DNA of 64,000 bases from Planctomycetota bacterium (lineage in GTDB: Bacteria; Planctomycetota; UBA1135; UBA2386), in the NCBI GenBank assembly GCA_046290465.1, contig JBKAGP010000001.1, positions 5,952,001-6,016,000 of the forward strand, written 5' to 3'. Positions 9,296-20,266 of this stretch are shown piece by piece. The stretch's first letter is position 1; every line of letters begins with the position of its first letter. Below the pieces are notes generated by a model. The model was given only the letters and a program-made list of their open reading frames with translations, made no database searches and was not told the DNA's origin. Both the position numbers and the translations under genes were made by a program.

Positions 9296-9490
9296 CTGAC
9301 CACTTGGTTGTTGGTGCCGCGCGCGCCGTGGATCGGTGTGGCGGAATGTGGGCCGGGAATCTGCGGAATGTGTGGCCAGATCGGCCGGATCGCGCCGCAG
9401 CGGCCCTCGCGGCGGCCCGTGCAGGGCCTCCGGCCGCCGCCGCGGCATGCTGCGCGTCGGCCGCGCCGGGACCAACAACCAAGTGATCAG
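9296..9490. repeat. ~195-bp intergenic element bounded by inverted repeats
   Basis: CACTTGGTTGTTGGT (9301-9315) is the exact reverse complement of ACCAACAACCAAGTG (9471-9485) and extends to 20 bp with 1 mismatch. Internal direct repeat GCGGAATGTG at 9341 and 9363. Confidence 0.7.
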
Positions 9491-10593
9491 TTCGAAATGC
9501 GGGCCGCGAGGGCGTCGACCTCGGGGCGGTCCTGGCCGACGACCGTGGCGTGGCCGAGCTTGCGGTTCGGGCGCGCCGACTTGCCGTAGTCGTGCAGGTG
9601 CACGCCGGGCAGCGACAGGACGTGCCGGCGCTCGGGCATCTCGCCGATCAGGTTGATCATGGTGGCGTGGCCGCCCTGGCTCATCGCGGTGCTGCCGAGC
9701 GGCAGGCCGTGTACGGCGCGCAGGTGGTTCTCGAACTGCGAACAGTCGGAGCCCTCGATGGTCCAGTGGCCGGAGTTGTGCACGCGCGGCGCCATCTCGT
9801 TGGCGAGCAGCTTGCCGCCGACGTCGAACAGTTCGACGGCCAGCACGCCGACGTAGTCGAGTTCGCCGAGCAGCGTCGCGGCGAAGTCGTTGGCGTCGCT
9901 CTGCACGTCGTCGGTCAGGTTCGGCGCCGGCGCGCGGCTGCGACGCAGGATGCCGCCGGCGTGTTCGTTCTGCACCAGCGGGTAGCAGGCGACCTCGCCG
10001 GTGGTGCTGCGCACGGCGAGCACCGACAGTTCGCGGTCGAACGGCACCATGCCCTCGACGATCAGGCCGTGCTCGTAGCCCAAGGTCAGCTCGTCCCAGG
10101 CGGCGTCGATCGCGGCGGCGAGGCCGTCGCCCGGCTGCAGGCGGACCTGGCCGCGGCCGTCGTAGCCGAGTCGGCGCGTCTTGACGATGCACGGCGCGCC
10201 GACCGCCTGCACCGCGGCGTGCAGCTCTGCGCGCGTCGACGCCGGCCGGAAGTCGGCGACGCCGATGCCGAGCCGCTGGAAGAGCGTCTTCTCCTCGAGG
10301 CGGTCCTGGCCGACGGCGAGCGCTCTCGGGTGGGGGCGCACGTTGGCGTGTTCGGTCAGCCACTCGGTCGCGGCGACCGGCACGTTCTCGAACTCGAACG
10401 TGCAGACGTCGGCGCCGTCGGCGAGCCGCTTCAGCGCCGCCTCGTCGTCGTACGGTGCCGTGATCAGCTCCGCGACGTGGCCGGCGACGGAGCCGGCCGA
10501 CGGATCGAGCACGCGCGTGCGCAGTCCGAGCGGCGCGCCGGCGAGCGCGAGCATGCGGGCGAGCTGCCCGCCTCCGAGCACGGCGGTGATCAT
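9487..10593 (-). CDS. purK: N5-carboxyaminoimidazole ribonucleotide synthase
   Basis: LGGGQLARM, TFEFENVP, GYDGRGQ, NEMAPRVHNSGHWT, SQFENHLRA, RKLGH. Confidence 0.98.
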   Translation of the reverse strand: MITAVLGGGQLARMLALAGAPLGLRTRVLDPSAGSVAGHVAELITAPYDDEAALKRLADGADVCTFEFENVPVAATEWLTEHANVRPHPRALAVGQDRLEEKTLFQRLGIGVADFRPASTRAELHAAVQAVGAPCIVKTRRLGYDGRGQVRLQPGDGLAAAIDAAWDELTLGYEHGLIVEGMVPFDRELSVLAVRSTTGEVACYPLVQNEHAGGILRRSRAPAPNLTDDVQSDANDFAATLLGELDYVGVLAVELFDVGGKLLANEMAPRVHNSGHWTIEGSDCSQFENHLRAVHGLPLGSTAMSQGGHATMINLIGEMPERRHVLSLPGVHLHDYGKSARPNRKLGHATVVGQDRPEVDALAARISN

Positions 10594-11102
10594 GCGGGCG
10601 GGTCGAGTCGGGGGTCCTGGTCGGCGAGCACCTTGCGGGTCATCGCCTCGCGACGCCGGCGCACGGCGTCGCGCAGTTGTGGGTGGGCCTCTCCGAGCAT
10701 CGACGCGGCCAGCAGCGCGGCGTTGATCGCGCCGGGCTTGCCGACGGCGAGCGTGCCGACCGGGATGCCGCCCGGCATCTGCACGATCGACAGCAGCGCG
10801 TCCATGCCCTGCATCACGGTGGCGTCCATCGGCACGCCGAGCACCGGCAGCACGGTCTTGCTGGCGGCCATGCCGGGCAGGTGCGCAGCGCCACCGGCGG
10901 CGGCGATCAGCACCTGCAGGCCGCGCTCCTCGGCGGTGCCGGCGTACTCCATCAGCCAGTCCGGCGTGCGGTGCGCGGACACGATGCGCACCTCGTGCGG
11001 CACGCCCAGCTCTTCGAGGGTGTTCGCACAGTGCTCCATGGTCGCCCAGTCGCTGCGCGAACCCATGATCACGCCGACCAGCGGCTTTGCGGGATCCGTC
11101 AT
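10590..11102 (-). CDS. purE: N5-CAIR mutase
   Basis: IMGSRSDW, SAHRTP, AGGAAHLPGM, SIVQMPGGIPV. Confidence 0.98.
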   Translation of the reverse strand: MTDPAKPLVGVIMGSRSDWATMEHCANTLEELGVPHEVRIVSAHRTPDWLMEYAGTAEERGLQVLIAAAGGAAHLPGMAASKTVLPVLGVPMDATVMQGMDALLSIVQMPGGIPVGTLAVGKPGAINAALLAASMLGEAHPQLRDAVRRRREAMTRKVLADQDPRLDPPA

Positions 11103-11112
11103 AGTCAGAACT

Positions 11113-11619
11113 TCAGAAGTCGGTCTGCAGCTCGAGCGCGATCTTGCGCGCCAGGTCCTCGGCCATCTCGGCGCGCGCCGAGGTCAGGTTCTCGCCGAGC
11201 GGCGCGCGGAACTCGGTGCGGTCGAGCAGCGTGCGGTCGATGTGCACGGTGCCGTCGCGGCCGATCAGGCGCAGCCGCACGGCGCCTTCGAGCACGCCCT
11301 CGCGAACGCGCGGGTAGCTGATGTCGCCAGGGTTGGCGGGATCCGGAATGCCGAGCACGGCGGTGCGTTCGCGCGCCTCGGTCAGCACGACCTCGAGGAT
11401 CGCGTCGGCCTCGGCGCGGCTGGCGTACTGCAGGCCGGTCGTGGACGGCAGTTCGCGCGCCAGGAACCGGCTGATCTCGACCTCCATACGCTGGCGGTAG
11501 CTCTCGTTGCCGACCACCTGGAACGCGATCGTCTCGATGCCGCGCCGTTCGAGCCCGGTGCCGAACACGTAGCCGCACGATCCGAGCACCAGCAGCGCGA
11601 GGCTCGCGAGCGACCTCAC
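11113..11619 (-). CDS. lptE: LPS assembly lipoprotein LptE-like
   Basis: LVLGSCGY lipobox, IETIAF...NES, ADAILE, C-terminal LARKI helix; GTG start overlaps the bamD stop. Confidence 0.75.
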   Translation of the reverse strand: MRSLASLALLVLGSCGYVFGTGLERRGIETIAFQVVGNESYRQRMEVEISRFLARELPSTTGLQYASRAEADAILEVVLTEARERTAVLGIPDPANPGDISYPRVREGVLEGAVRLRLIGRDGTVHIDRTLLDRTEFRAPLGENLTSARAEMAEDLARKIALELQTDF

Positions 11620-12584
11620 GGTCGGCCTCCGGTCGGCTGCGCGGCCGCGGCGGCGCCGGTCCTGGCGTCGGCCGCCTTGGCGGCCCGTTCGGCCTGCAGC
11701 CGGTCGCGCAGCGCGACCGCCTCCTGGTAGCCCGGTACGTCGACGAACTCGTCGCGCGTCGCCTGCAGCGCGTGGTGCAGCTGGCCGTCCTGGTTCTCGA
11801 GCGTGCGGTAGAACGTCGCGATGTCGAGGTGGCGGCGCACCTGCCACTCGAGGATCTGCTGCAGCGCGCGCTGCGCCTCGGCGAGCATCTGCGGGCTCTC
11901 GGGCTCGGTCCGCAGGAAGCTCCTCAGCTCGGTGACCGCGTGCTGCATGCGGTCGAGGTCGTAGTCGGGGCCGCGCAGGCTAGCGACGATGCTCATCGCG
12001 AAGCGGTAGTTGGCGTAGAAGCGCCAGTCGCTGTCGGGCCGCTCGAGGATGATCTCGCGGTAGCGCGCCTGCGCCATCTCGTAGTCGCCGTCGTCGAAGG
12101 CCATGTCGCCGAGGATGCGCAGCGCGTCGGCCAGCCGGCGCGTGTCCGGGTGCCGCGTGATCAGGTGTTCGAGCACGGCGCGGCCGGCGCGGCGATCCGA
12201 CCAGAAGAACAGGAAGCCGCCGTCGCTGTCGACCAGCGTCTTGCCGACCGACCACAGCAGCTCGACGGCCTGCGGCCGCAGTTCGCTGAGCGGGTGGTCG
12301 TCCGAGAACTTCTCGAGGATCAGGAACGACTGCCACGGCTTGCCGAGCCCGAACTGCGCCCGCGCCCGCGCCAGGTCGCGCCGGTCGCGCAGCCGCTTCG
12401 GGCAGCGCCCGCCGAGCACCGGATCGAGCGTCGCCAGCGCGTCCGCGTAGTTGCCGGCCTGCACCTGCGCCTCGCTGGCCGCCACCAGCTGCGGTGCCGA
12501 CGGCAGCGGTCCCTTGCTCGTCGCACAGGCGGCCGCCAGGGCCACCACGCAGAGACCGGCGCTCGCAAACCTTCGACGGATCAT
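11616..12584 (-). CDS. bamD: outer membrane protein assembly factor BamD-like TPR lipoprotein
   Basis: LAAAC lipobox, TPR helices, HPLSE, GPDYD, IATFY; adjacent to lptE. Confidence 0.75.
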   Translation of the reverse strand: MIRRRFASAGLCVVALAAACATSKGPLPSAPQLVAASEAQVQAGNYADALATLDPVLGGRCPKRLRDRRDLARARAQFGLGKPWQSFLILEKFSDDHPLSELRPQAVELLWSVGKTLVDSDGGFLFFWSDRRAGRAVLEHLITRHPDTRRLADALRILGDMAFDDGDYEMAQARYREIILERPDSDWRFYANYRFAMSIVASLRGPDYDLDRMQHAVTELRSFLRTEPESPQMLAEAQRALQQILEWQVRRHLDIATFYRTLENQDGQLHHALQATRDEFVDVPGYQEAVALRDRLQAERAAKAADARTGAAAAAQPTGGRP

Positions 12585-12696
12585 GTGGCGCCGATGTTCG
12601 GGCACCGGCGAGCTCGCGGCAACTGTTTGCCGCGGAAGCTCGGCGTCGGGGGCCGGTGGCGGTCGGCGGTGCGCGTGCCGGGCCGACGAAGCCGAC

Positions 12697-12756
12697 GTCC
12701 TGGCCGTCGCCGTTGCTGCCGTCGCCGTCCTGGCTGTCGCCGTCCTGGCCGTCGCT
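12697..12756. repeat. 4 x 15-bp tandem repeat just downstream of the recO stop
   Basis: gtcctggccgtcgcc / gttgctgccgtcgcc / gtcctggctgtcgcc / gtcctggccgtcgct. Confidence 0.8.
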
Positions 12757-12760
12757 GCCG

Positions 12761-13560
12761 TCAGCGTTGCTGCCGGGCGCGTTCCTGTGGGGCGCGCGCC
12801 GTCGGAAAGACCAGCGAACGGTACGGCGCGCGCTGCTCGAGCGCGGCGGCGAGCCAGCGCGCGGGCAGCGGCGCGGTCTGCGCGACCGCGTCGGCGGCCG
12901 CGAGCGTCGGCCAGTCCCGGCCGGGGGTGGCGCGCAGCGCCCGCAGCAGCGCGAGCGAACGGGCGCCGACCGGCTGGCGGGGCAGGCCGGCGTGGCGGCG
13001 GCAAGCGAGCCCCATCGTGTCGGCCTGGCGGTAGGCGGTGTCGCCGAGCGCTTCGCCGCACTCGGCGCAGTGGTCCAGGTCCGGCAGCGCTCCGAGCGCG
13101 GCCAGGTGGCGCAGTTCGAGGCCCAGCACGACCTGTGGGATCGCGGGCAGCGGGCAGCGCTCGAGCAGGTTGAGGCCGCCGAGCAGCAGGTCGAACAGGT
13201 CCGGGTCGGCGCGCCCCTCCTGGCTCGCGACGTCGACCAGCCACGCGATGTGGCCGGCGGCGAGGAAGCGGCGCGGCTGGCGCAGCGCGCGCCGTTCGCG
13301 GGTCAGCCGGGCGCGGGTCAGGATGCGCAGGCCGCCGCGGTCGGCCGAGAACGTCGCGTCGAGCTCGTTGAGGAAGTCGATGCGGCCGAGCAGCGGCGAG
13401 TCGGGGCGGTGCGCGCCCTTGGCAAGGCCGGTGACCTTGCCGTGCTCGCGGGTCAAGCAGGTGACGATGCGGCTCGACTCGCGGAAGTCGCGCCGACGCA
13501 GCACGATCGCCTGCGCGGTCGTCTGCCGGCTCGCGCGGGGCTTCGCGCGGCCGGTGCCGG

Positions 13561-13564
<4 letters not shown>
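12761..13564 (-). CDS. recO: DNA repair protein RecO
   Basis: AIVLRRRDFRESSRIVTCLTREHGKVTGLAKGA and Zn-finger CAECG...ACRRH; GTG start overlaps the upstream stop. Confidence 0.92.
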
Positions 13565-14865
<1,301 letters not shown>

Positions 14866-15120
14866 GTCGACGTCGACGACGAACGAACCTTCGGCGCAGG
14901 CCGGCAGGCCGGCGAGCGCGAGCGCGGCGCGGGGTCGGGTGGGACCCCCGGGCGACGGCGGAGGGTCGGGGTCCTCGGCGGTTGCGTCGGCGGTTGGCGT
15001 CACGACGGGGCCGAGCTCGGGTCTTGCAGCACTAGGCACAGGTGCGGGAAGCATACGTACGGTCGGCGCGGAGTGGTGGCCCTTTCCTCGGCCGGAATGC
15101 CGCGACCGGAACGGGCCCGA

Positions 15121-17001
15121 TCACTTCGTTCCCGGCGGCCGCTCCAGCGGCTCCTCGTCGTCGGCCTCGACGTCCGCGGAGAAGCGGTTTCGGCCGTAAC
15201 CCTTGCTGGCGTAGAGGGCTCGGTCTGCACGCATGAGGATCGACTCGACCGAGTCGCCAAATCGGTGGCTGGTCAGACCGATCGAGATCGTCATCGGCAG
15301 GCCGAGTTCCTCGCCGCGTGCGTGCACGGCCGTGAACATGCGCGTGGCCAGCACCGTCGCCTCGTCGGGCGTCGTGTCGGGCAGCACCACCAGGAACTCC
15401 TCGCCGCCGTAGCGACAGACGGTGTCGGACTTGCGCACCGAGTGGCGCAGCACGTCGGCGGTCGCGCGCAGCGCCGCGTCGCCCTGCACGTGGCCGAGGG
15501 TGTCGTTGAGGCGCTTGAAGTGGTCGAGGTCGCACATCAGCACCGTCAACGGCGTGCGGTCGCGTTCGGTCCGGGCCATCGACTGCTCGAGCGCGTGGAT
15601 GCCCATGCGGCGGTTGAACAGGCGCGTCAACGGATCGGTCAGCGCGAACTTCTGGGCGCGCTGGCGGCGGCGGCGCAGCAGCAGGTTCTGGATCAGCAGC
15701 GAGCCGGTCATGCCGAGCATCGTCGCCAGCGTCATGTCGTTCGCCGGGTCGATCGGAGTCAGCGTCAGCGAACGGTCCAGCAGCAGGAACGCCGGTGTCT
15801 CAAAGTCCTGGTTGAGCGGGATCGCCAGCAGTTCGTCGGTCGACAGCGCCCGCAGCAGGCCGCCCTTGGCGTTGGGCTCGGCCGCGAGGTGCACCGGCGT
15901 CTGCGTCTCGAGCGCCTGCTGCAGCATCGTCGCCTCCTCGGGTGAGGCGTGCAGATGGGTCTGCTGCATCCGTCGCGCCGACGAGTCGGCCTTGGAGCGC
16001 AGCGTCACGGTCTGCTGCGAGGGGTTCCACTTGGCGTAGAACGCGCGGTCGTAGTAGCCGTAGCGCACCGACGCGGCGGTCAGCGCGGTGATGATGCCGC
16101 GGTAGCTCTCCGAGCGCGTGCAGCCGAGGATGCTGAGCACGACCTCGTCGAGCTGGCCGCCGGTGTCGGTCGGCCGCCACAGCGGGGTCGCGTCGTCCAC
16201 GCCGTCGTCGAAGGCGGCTTCGGCGTCGTCGCTGGCCAGCCCGAAGCGCGCCAGCGCCGCCTCGACCTTGTCCTGCAGTTGGCGGGCGACGTGCAGCTCC
16301 GACGGGTCGATCTGGCTGGTGATCGCGTCGAGGGCGTCGTCGCCGTGTCCCGGATGGCGGAAGCCGGCCAGCTCGGCGAGCAGCTCGGCGGCGCGGATCA
16401 GCGCCGCCGGATCGGGCGGATCCTCGGTCGAGGTGGCGCGGTCGCCCATGTCGATCGCCAGCATCAGTGACACGAACGGTGCCGGCAGCTGCCAGTGCAG
16501 GATCCAGTCGGTCGGCAGGACCTGGGTGGTGCGCGGCCCGTCGCGCGGATCCAGGCGCTGCAGCCAGGTCGGCAGGTCGTGCAGCAGGCCGACCAGGTAG
16601 GCGACCTCCGGCTCGAGCAGGCCGGTCCGGGCGGCGAGGTCCCTGGCGGCGAAGGCGGTGGCGATCGCGTGGCGCCAGAGCTGTTGCAGCGGCGCAGGGT
16701 CCGCTACGTCGGCGCCGCCGGCGCGGAACAGGCGCTTGCTCAGGGTGGGGCCGAGAGCGCGCACGACCTCGCGCACCGACGGCATGGTGTGGACCGTTCG
16801 AAACACGAAGGCGCTCGAGGCCCGCAGCGCCCGCACGGTCGCCAGCGGGTCGAGTTCGAGCAGCGCGACCAGCTCGTCCTCGCTCTTGGGCCGCTCGGTC
16901 CCGGCGCGCGCGAGCTGCCGCTGCAGGGTCGGCAACGCGAGCATCGAGGGCAGCTGGCGCAACGGGTTGTGTGCGCGAATGAACGGCGGAGTGGGCGTCA
17001 C
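15121..17001 (-). CDS. HDOD-domain diguanylate cyclase
   Basis: LWRHAIATA...AYLVGLLHDL (HDOD); TDPLT, DLDHFKRLNDTLGH, RKSD I-site, GGEEF. Confidence 0.92.
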   Translation of the reverse strand: MTPTPPFIRAHNPLRQLPSMLALPTLQRQLARAGTERPKSEDELVALLELDPLATVRALRASSAFVFRTVHTMPSVREVVRALGPTLSKRLFRAGGADVADPAPLQQLWRHAIATAFAARDLAARTGLLEPEVAYLVGLLHDLPTWLQRLDPRDGPRTTQVLPTDWILHWQLPAPFVSLMLAIDMGDRATSTEDPPDPAALIRAAELLAELAGFRHPGHGDDALDAITSQIDPSELHVARQLQDKVEAALARFGLASDDAEAAFDDGVDDATPLWRPTDTGGQLDEVVLSILGCTRSESYRGIITALTAASVRYGYYDRAFYAKWNPSQQTVTLRSKADSSARRMQQTHLHASPEEATMLQQALETQTPVHLAAEPNAKGGLLRALSTDELLAIPLNQDFETPAFLLLDRSLTLTPIDPANDMTLATMLGMTGSLLIQNLLLRRRRQRAQKFALTDPLTRLFNRRMGIHALEQSMARTERDRTPLTVLMCDLDHFKRLNDTLGHVQGDAALRATADVLRHSVRKSDTVCRYGGEEFLVVLPDTTPDEATVLATRMFTAVHARGEELGLPMTISIGLTSHRFGDSVESILMRADRALYASKGYGRNRFSADVEADDEEPLERPPGTK

Positions 17002-17197
17002 GACGGGTCGTATTGGTTTGTTCGGCTCCGCACGACCGTTCGCTCAAGTGCCGTCGGGCCAGCACCGTCCGGAAATCGGAGATTCGTCGGGCAGCTGCGG
17101 CCAAGTCCCGGTTTGGCACATGCTTAAGTAGCCATCGATCGGGGGGTGTGACGTTTTTGCGACCCGGTGGCATCCCCTTCGCAAGGGGACGTTCGCC

Positions 17198-18031
17198 ATG
17201 ACCTGCTCCCCCTCGCAGACGGCTAGTCGCTCAGTAGCGTTCCCTGAGCGTGAGCGGATTCGCACAGAACTGACGGCGCTGCTCGCGCGCCTCGGTTGCG
17301 ACGTCCCTTCGGTCGAACCCCCGGCGCCGCATGCAGATGCAGCGCTCGCGACCGCGTTGATGGATGCCTTCCGCAAAACCGGTGACTCCGAGGCCTTCGA
17401 CGGCCTGGTCCGCTGGGCAGGACCCCAGCTGCGCGCGCGGGTGCGTTCGCGGCTGCGTTCCCTCGGTGCGATGCTCGACCCCAACGAGGTCTGGCAGGAC
17501 ACCATCGTCAACATCTACCGCTACCCCGACCGCTTCCTGGCCTCGCGGCCCGGCGCGTTCGCGGCCTGGTCGTCGACGATCGTGGACAACGCGATCCGCC
17601 GTCACCTGCGCCGCAGCAAGCGCGACCTGGGCGTGACGCTGCGCGACCCGGAGGTCCTGCAGGAGCAGGCCGACGAGTCGATGCGCGAACCGAGCAAGCA
17701 GGCCGAGACGCACGAGGAATGCATGGCGACCGCTTCGGCGTTCGGCCTCGTGCTGCAGGCCTACCTGCTCGCGTTCCACAAGCTGGCCGAGCGCGAACGG
17801 TTCGTGCTGCAGATGGTCGAGGTGCGGCAGATGCGTTACGCGGAGCTGGCGCAGATCCTCGGCATCCGGCCCGAGGCGCTGAAGATGGTCGTGTTCCGGG
17901 CGCGCAAGCGCATCCACGACCGCCTGCAGCAGCTGCTGTCCGGCAACGGCCTGGACAAGGCGCGCGGTGGTCGCCGTTCGGCGTCGGTCGGCGCAGCCGC
18001 TGGGTCGGGCCCTGCGGCTGCAGTGGCATAG
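17198..18031 (+). CDS. ECF RNA polymerase sigma factor
   Basis: GDSEAFDGLV, EVWQDT, FAAW..TIVDN, LAERERFVL..YAELAQILG..RARKRI. Confidence 0.9.
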   Translation: MTCSPSQTASRSVAFPERERIRTELTALLARLGCDVPSVEPPAPHADAALATALMDAFRKTGDSEAFDGLVRWAGPQLRARVRSRLRSLGAMLDPNEVWQDTIVNIYRYPDRFLASRPGAFAAWSSTIVDNAIRRHLRRSKRDLGVTLRDPEVLQEQADESMREPSKQAETHEECMATASAFGLVLQAYLLAFHKLAERERFVLQMVEVRQMRYAELAQILGIRPEALKMVVFRARKRIHDRLQQLLSGNGLDKARGGRRSASVGAAAGSGPAAAVA

Positions 18032-18122
18032 GCGATCGGAACGCGCCGCAGGTGACGGCTGGCACGCTCGGCTGGGTGGGCGTTCGCTTGCAACCGCTGC
18101 GCGCGGCGCGAAGCTCACGGCC

Positions 18123-19430
18123 ATGGCCGAGACCGTCGATCGTCTGTTCGTGCACTGCCGCCAGCTCGTCACGCTGACCGATGGCGAGCCGACCGGGCCG
18201 CGCCGCAAGGACGCGATGCAGCCGATGGGGGTGATCGACGACGGCGCGGTCGCGGTGCAGGGCGGCCGCATCGTCGCGGTCGGCAGCACCGACGAGATCA
18301 CCGCCCGATATCGTGCGCCCGAGGAACTCGACCTCGACGGCTTCGTGGTGATGCCGGGGTTCGTCGATTGCCACACCCACCCAGTGTTCGCGCGCACGCG
18401 CGAGCAGGAGTTCCACATGCGCTGCGCCGGCGCCGACTACATGGCGATCGCGCAGGCCGGTGGTGGCATCCTCAGTTCGATGCGCGCGGTGCGCGAGGCG
18501 TCGCTCGAGGAGCTGGCCGAACGCACCGAACAGCACCTGTGGCGCTTCCTCGAGAACGGCATCACCACGATCGAAGCGAAGGGTGGCTACGGCCTGTCGC
18601 TCGAGGCCGAGCAGAAGAGCATGCAGGCGCTGGACGCGGCGGCCGCGCTGGTGCCGCTCAACCTGAAGCGCACCTTCCTCGGCGCGCACGAGTTCCCGCC
18701 CGAGTACCGCGACGATCGCGACGAGTACGTGCGCATCGTCTGCGACGAGATGATCCCGGCGCTGGCGCCGATGGCGGACTACTGCGACGTGTTCGCGGAG
18801 CCGGGCGTGTTCACCCGGGAGCAGAGCGAACGCGTACTCAAGGCCGCGCTCGACGCCGGCCTGCGGCTGCGCGTGCACGCCGACGAGATCCAGCCGATGG
18901 GGGGCGCCGAGATGGCGGTGGCGCTCGGCGCCGATTCCGCCGACCACCTCGGCCAGATCTCGGATGCCGGCATCGCCGCGATGGCCGCCAGCGACACCAC
19001 CGGCGTGCTGCTGCCGGGCACGATCTTCTTCCTGGCCAAGCCCGGCTACGCGCCGGCGCGCAAGATGATCGAGGCCGGCTGCGCGGTCGCGCTGGCGACC
19101 GACTTCAACCCCGGTTCGTCGCACACCCAGTCGATGACGCTGATCCACACGATCGCGTGCACCCAGATGAAGATGTCGGTCGAGGAGTGCATCGTCGCGT
19201 CGACGATCAATCCGGCGTTCTCGCTGCAGCTCGACCACGAGGTCGGCACGCTGCACCCGGGCAAGCGCGCCGACCTGTGCGTGCTCGACATCCCGAGCTA
19301 CCAGGCGCTCGGCTACACCTTCGGCGGCAACCCGGTCGCGATGACGATCAAGGACGGCATCCCGGTGATGGCCAACGTCGCCGACCGCCAACCCGACTGG
19401 TTCGCCGACGGCGTCGCCCTCGACGAATAG
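18123..19430 (+). CDS. hutI: imidazolonepropionase
   Basis: PGFVDCHTHPVF, GGGILSS, GITTIEAKGGYGL, TFLGAH, HADEI, ADHL, LATDFNPG. Confidence 0.97.
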   Translation: MAETVDRLFVHCRQLVTLTDGEPTGPRRKDAMQPMGVIDDGAVAVQGGRIVAVGSTDEITARYRAPEELDLDGFVVMPGFVDCHTHPVFARTREQEFHMRCAGADYMAIAQAGGGILSSMRAVREASLEELAERTEQHLWRFLENGITTIEAKGGYGLSLEAEQKSMQALDAAAALVPLNLKRTFLGAHEFPPEYRDDRDEYVRIVCDEMIPALAPMADYCDVFAEPGVFTREQSERVLKAALDAGLRLRVHADEIQPMGGAEMAVALGADSADHLGQISDAGIAAMAASDTTGVLLPGTIFFLAKPGYAPARKMIEAGCAVALATDFNPGSSHTQSMTLIHTIACTQMKMSVEECIVASTINPAFSLQLDHEVGTLHPGKRADLCVLDIPSYQALGYTFGGNPVAMTIKDGIPVMANVADRQPDWFADGVALDE

Positions 19431-19436
19431 GCTGGT

Positions 19437-19464
19437 TTGGTTCCGGGACGAGACCTTACCGACC
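19437..19464 (+). repeat. 28-bp direct repeat, copy 1
   Basis: TTGGTTCCGGGACGAGACCTTACCGACC; 24/28 identical to 23497-23524. Confidence 0.75.
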
Positions 19465-19495
19465 AACCCGGCGAACGGCCCGCGCACGCCGTTCT

Positions 19496-20266
19496 TCAGT
19501 CGCGGCGCGCGACCATCACCAGGCGGCCGCTGTCGACGCGGAACACCTCGCCCTCGGCGCCGAACGCCTGCGCGTCGGCGAAGCCGGCGGCCAACAGCCA
19601 GCTGCGCAGTTCGGTCGCCGAGAACAGCCGCAGCGCGTACTCGCAGCTGCGCGTCGGCTGGCCGCTGCGGGTCACGAACCGACGCACGTGCAGGCGGCCG
19701 GTGGACGGGTCGAACATGCTGCGGTCGATCAGGAAGTGGTGGCCGGCGTCGTCCTCGAGTTCCTTGGTCGCAGAGGACTCGTGGTCGGTCAGACCCGGCT
19801 CGTGCAGGTTGAGCGTCTCGAGCAGCAGCAGGCCGCCCGGCTTCAGCGCGCGGTGCAGCCGACCGAGCTGCTGCTGCAGCGCCGCGTCGCTCTCGCCGTC
19901 GCCATCGCCGTAGCCGAACGACGTGAACCACGACACCGCGCAGTCGAACGCACCGTCGAACGACAGCGTGCGCCAGTCGCCGTGCCGGTAGTCGACCTGC
20001 ACCCCGCGCCGTGCCGCCGACGCGCGCGCCCGCTCCAGGAACGTCTCGCAGCGGTCGACGCCGACCACCTCGGCACCGCGGTCGGCGAGCCGTTCGGCGA
20101 TGCGGCCGTGGCCGCACGGCAGGTCCAGCACGCGCTGGCCCGGCTGCAGGTCGACCAGCAGCGCGATCAGCTCGGCCTCCTCGTCGTTGACGCCGTCGTG
20201 CAGCTCGCCCGCGTAGAAGTCGAGGTAGTCCCGACCGAAGACCTCACCCGCGCCGCCGTCAGCCAC
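19496..20266 (-). CDS. class I SAM-dependent methyltransferase
   Basis: VLDLPCGHGR, VVGVD, FTSFGY, LKPGG. Confidence 0.9.
   Translation of the reverse strand: MADGGAGEVFGRDYLDFYAGELHDGVNDEEAELIALLVDLQPGQRVLDLPCGHGRIAERLADRGAEVVGVDRCETFLERARASAARRGVQVDYRHGDWRTLSFDGAFDCAVSWFTSFGYGDGDGESDAALQQQLGRLHRALKPGGLLLLETLNLHEPGLTDHESSATKELEDDAGHHFLIDRSMFDPSTGRLHVRRFVTRSGQPTRSCEYALRLFSATELRSWLLAAGFADAQAFGAEGEVFRVDSGRLVMVARRD

Noticed and set aside
9221..10363. Apparent 381-aa N-terminal extension of the multiheme-HEAT ORF
   Set aside because: Overlaps purK in another frame and is low-complexity; a clean lipoprotein signal starts at 9220.
17112..17130. Sigma54 promoter (TTGGCAC...)
   Set aside because: The -12 GC is not at the required spacing (AG found instead).
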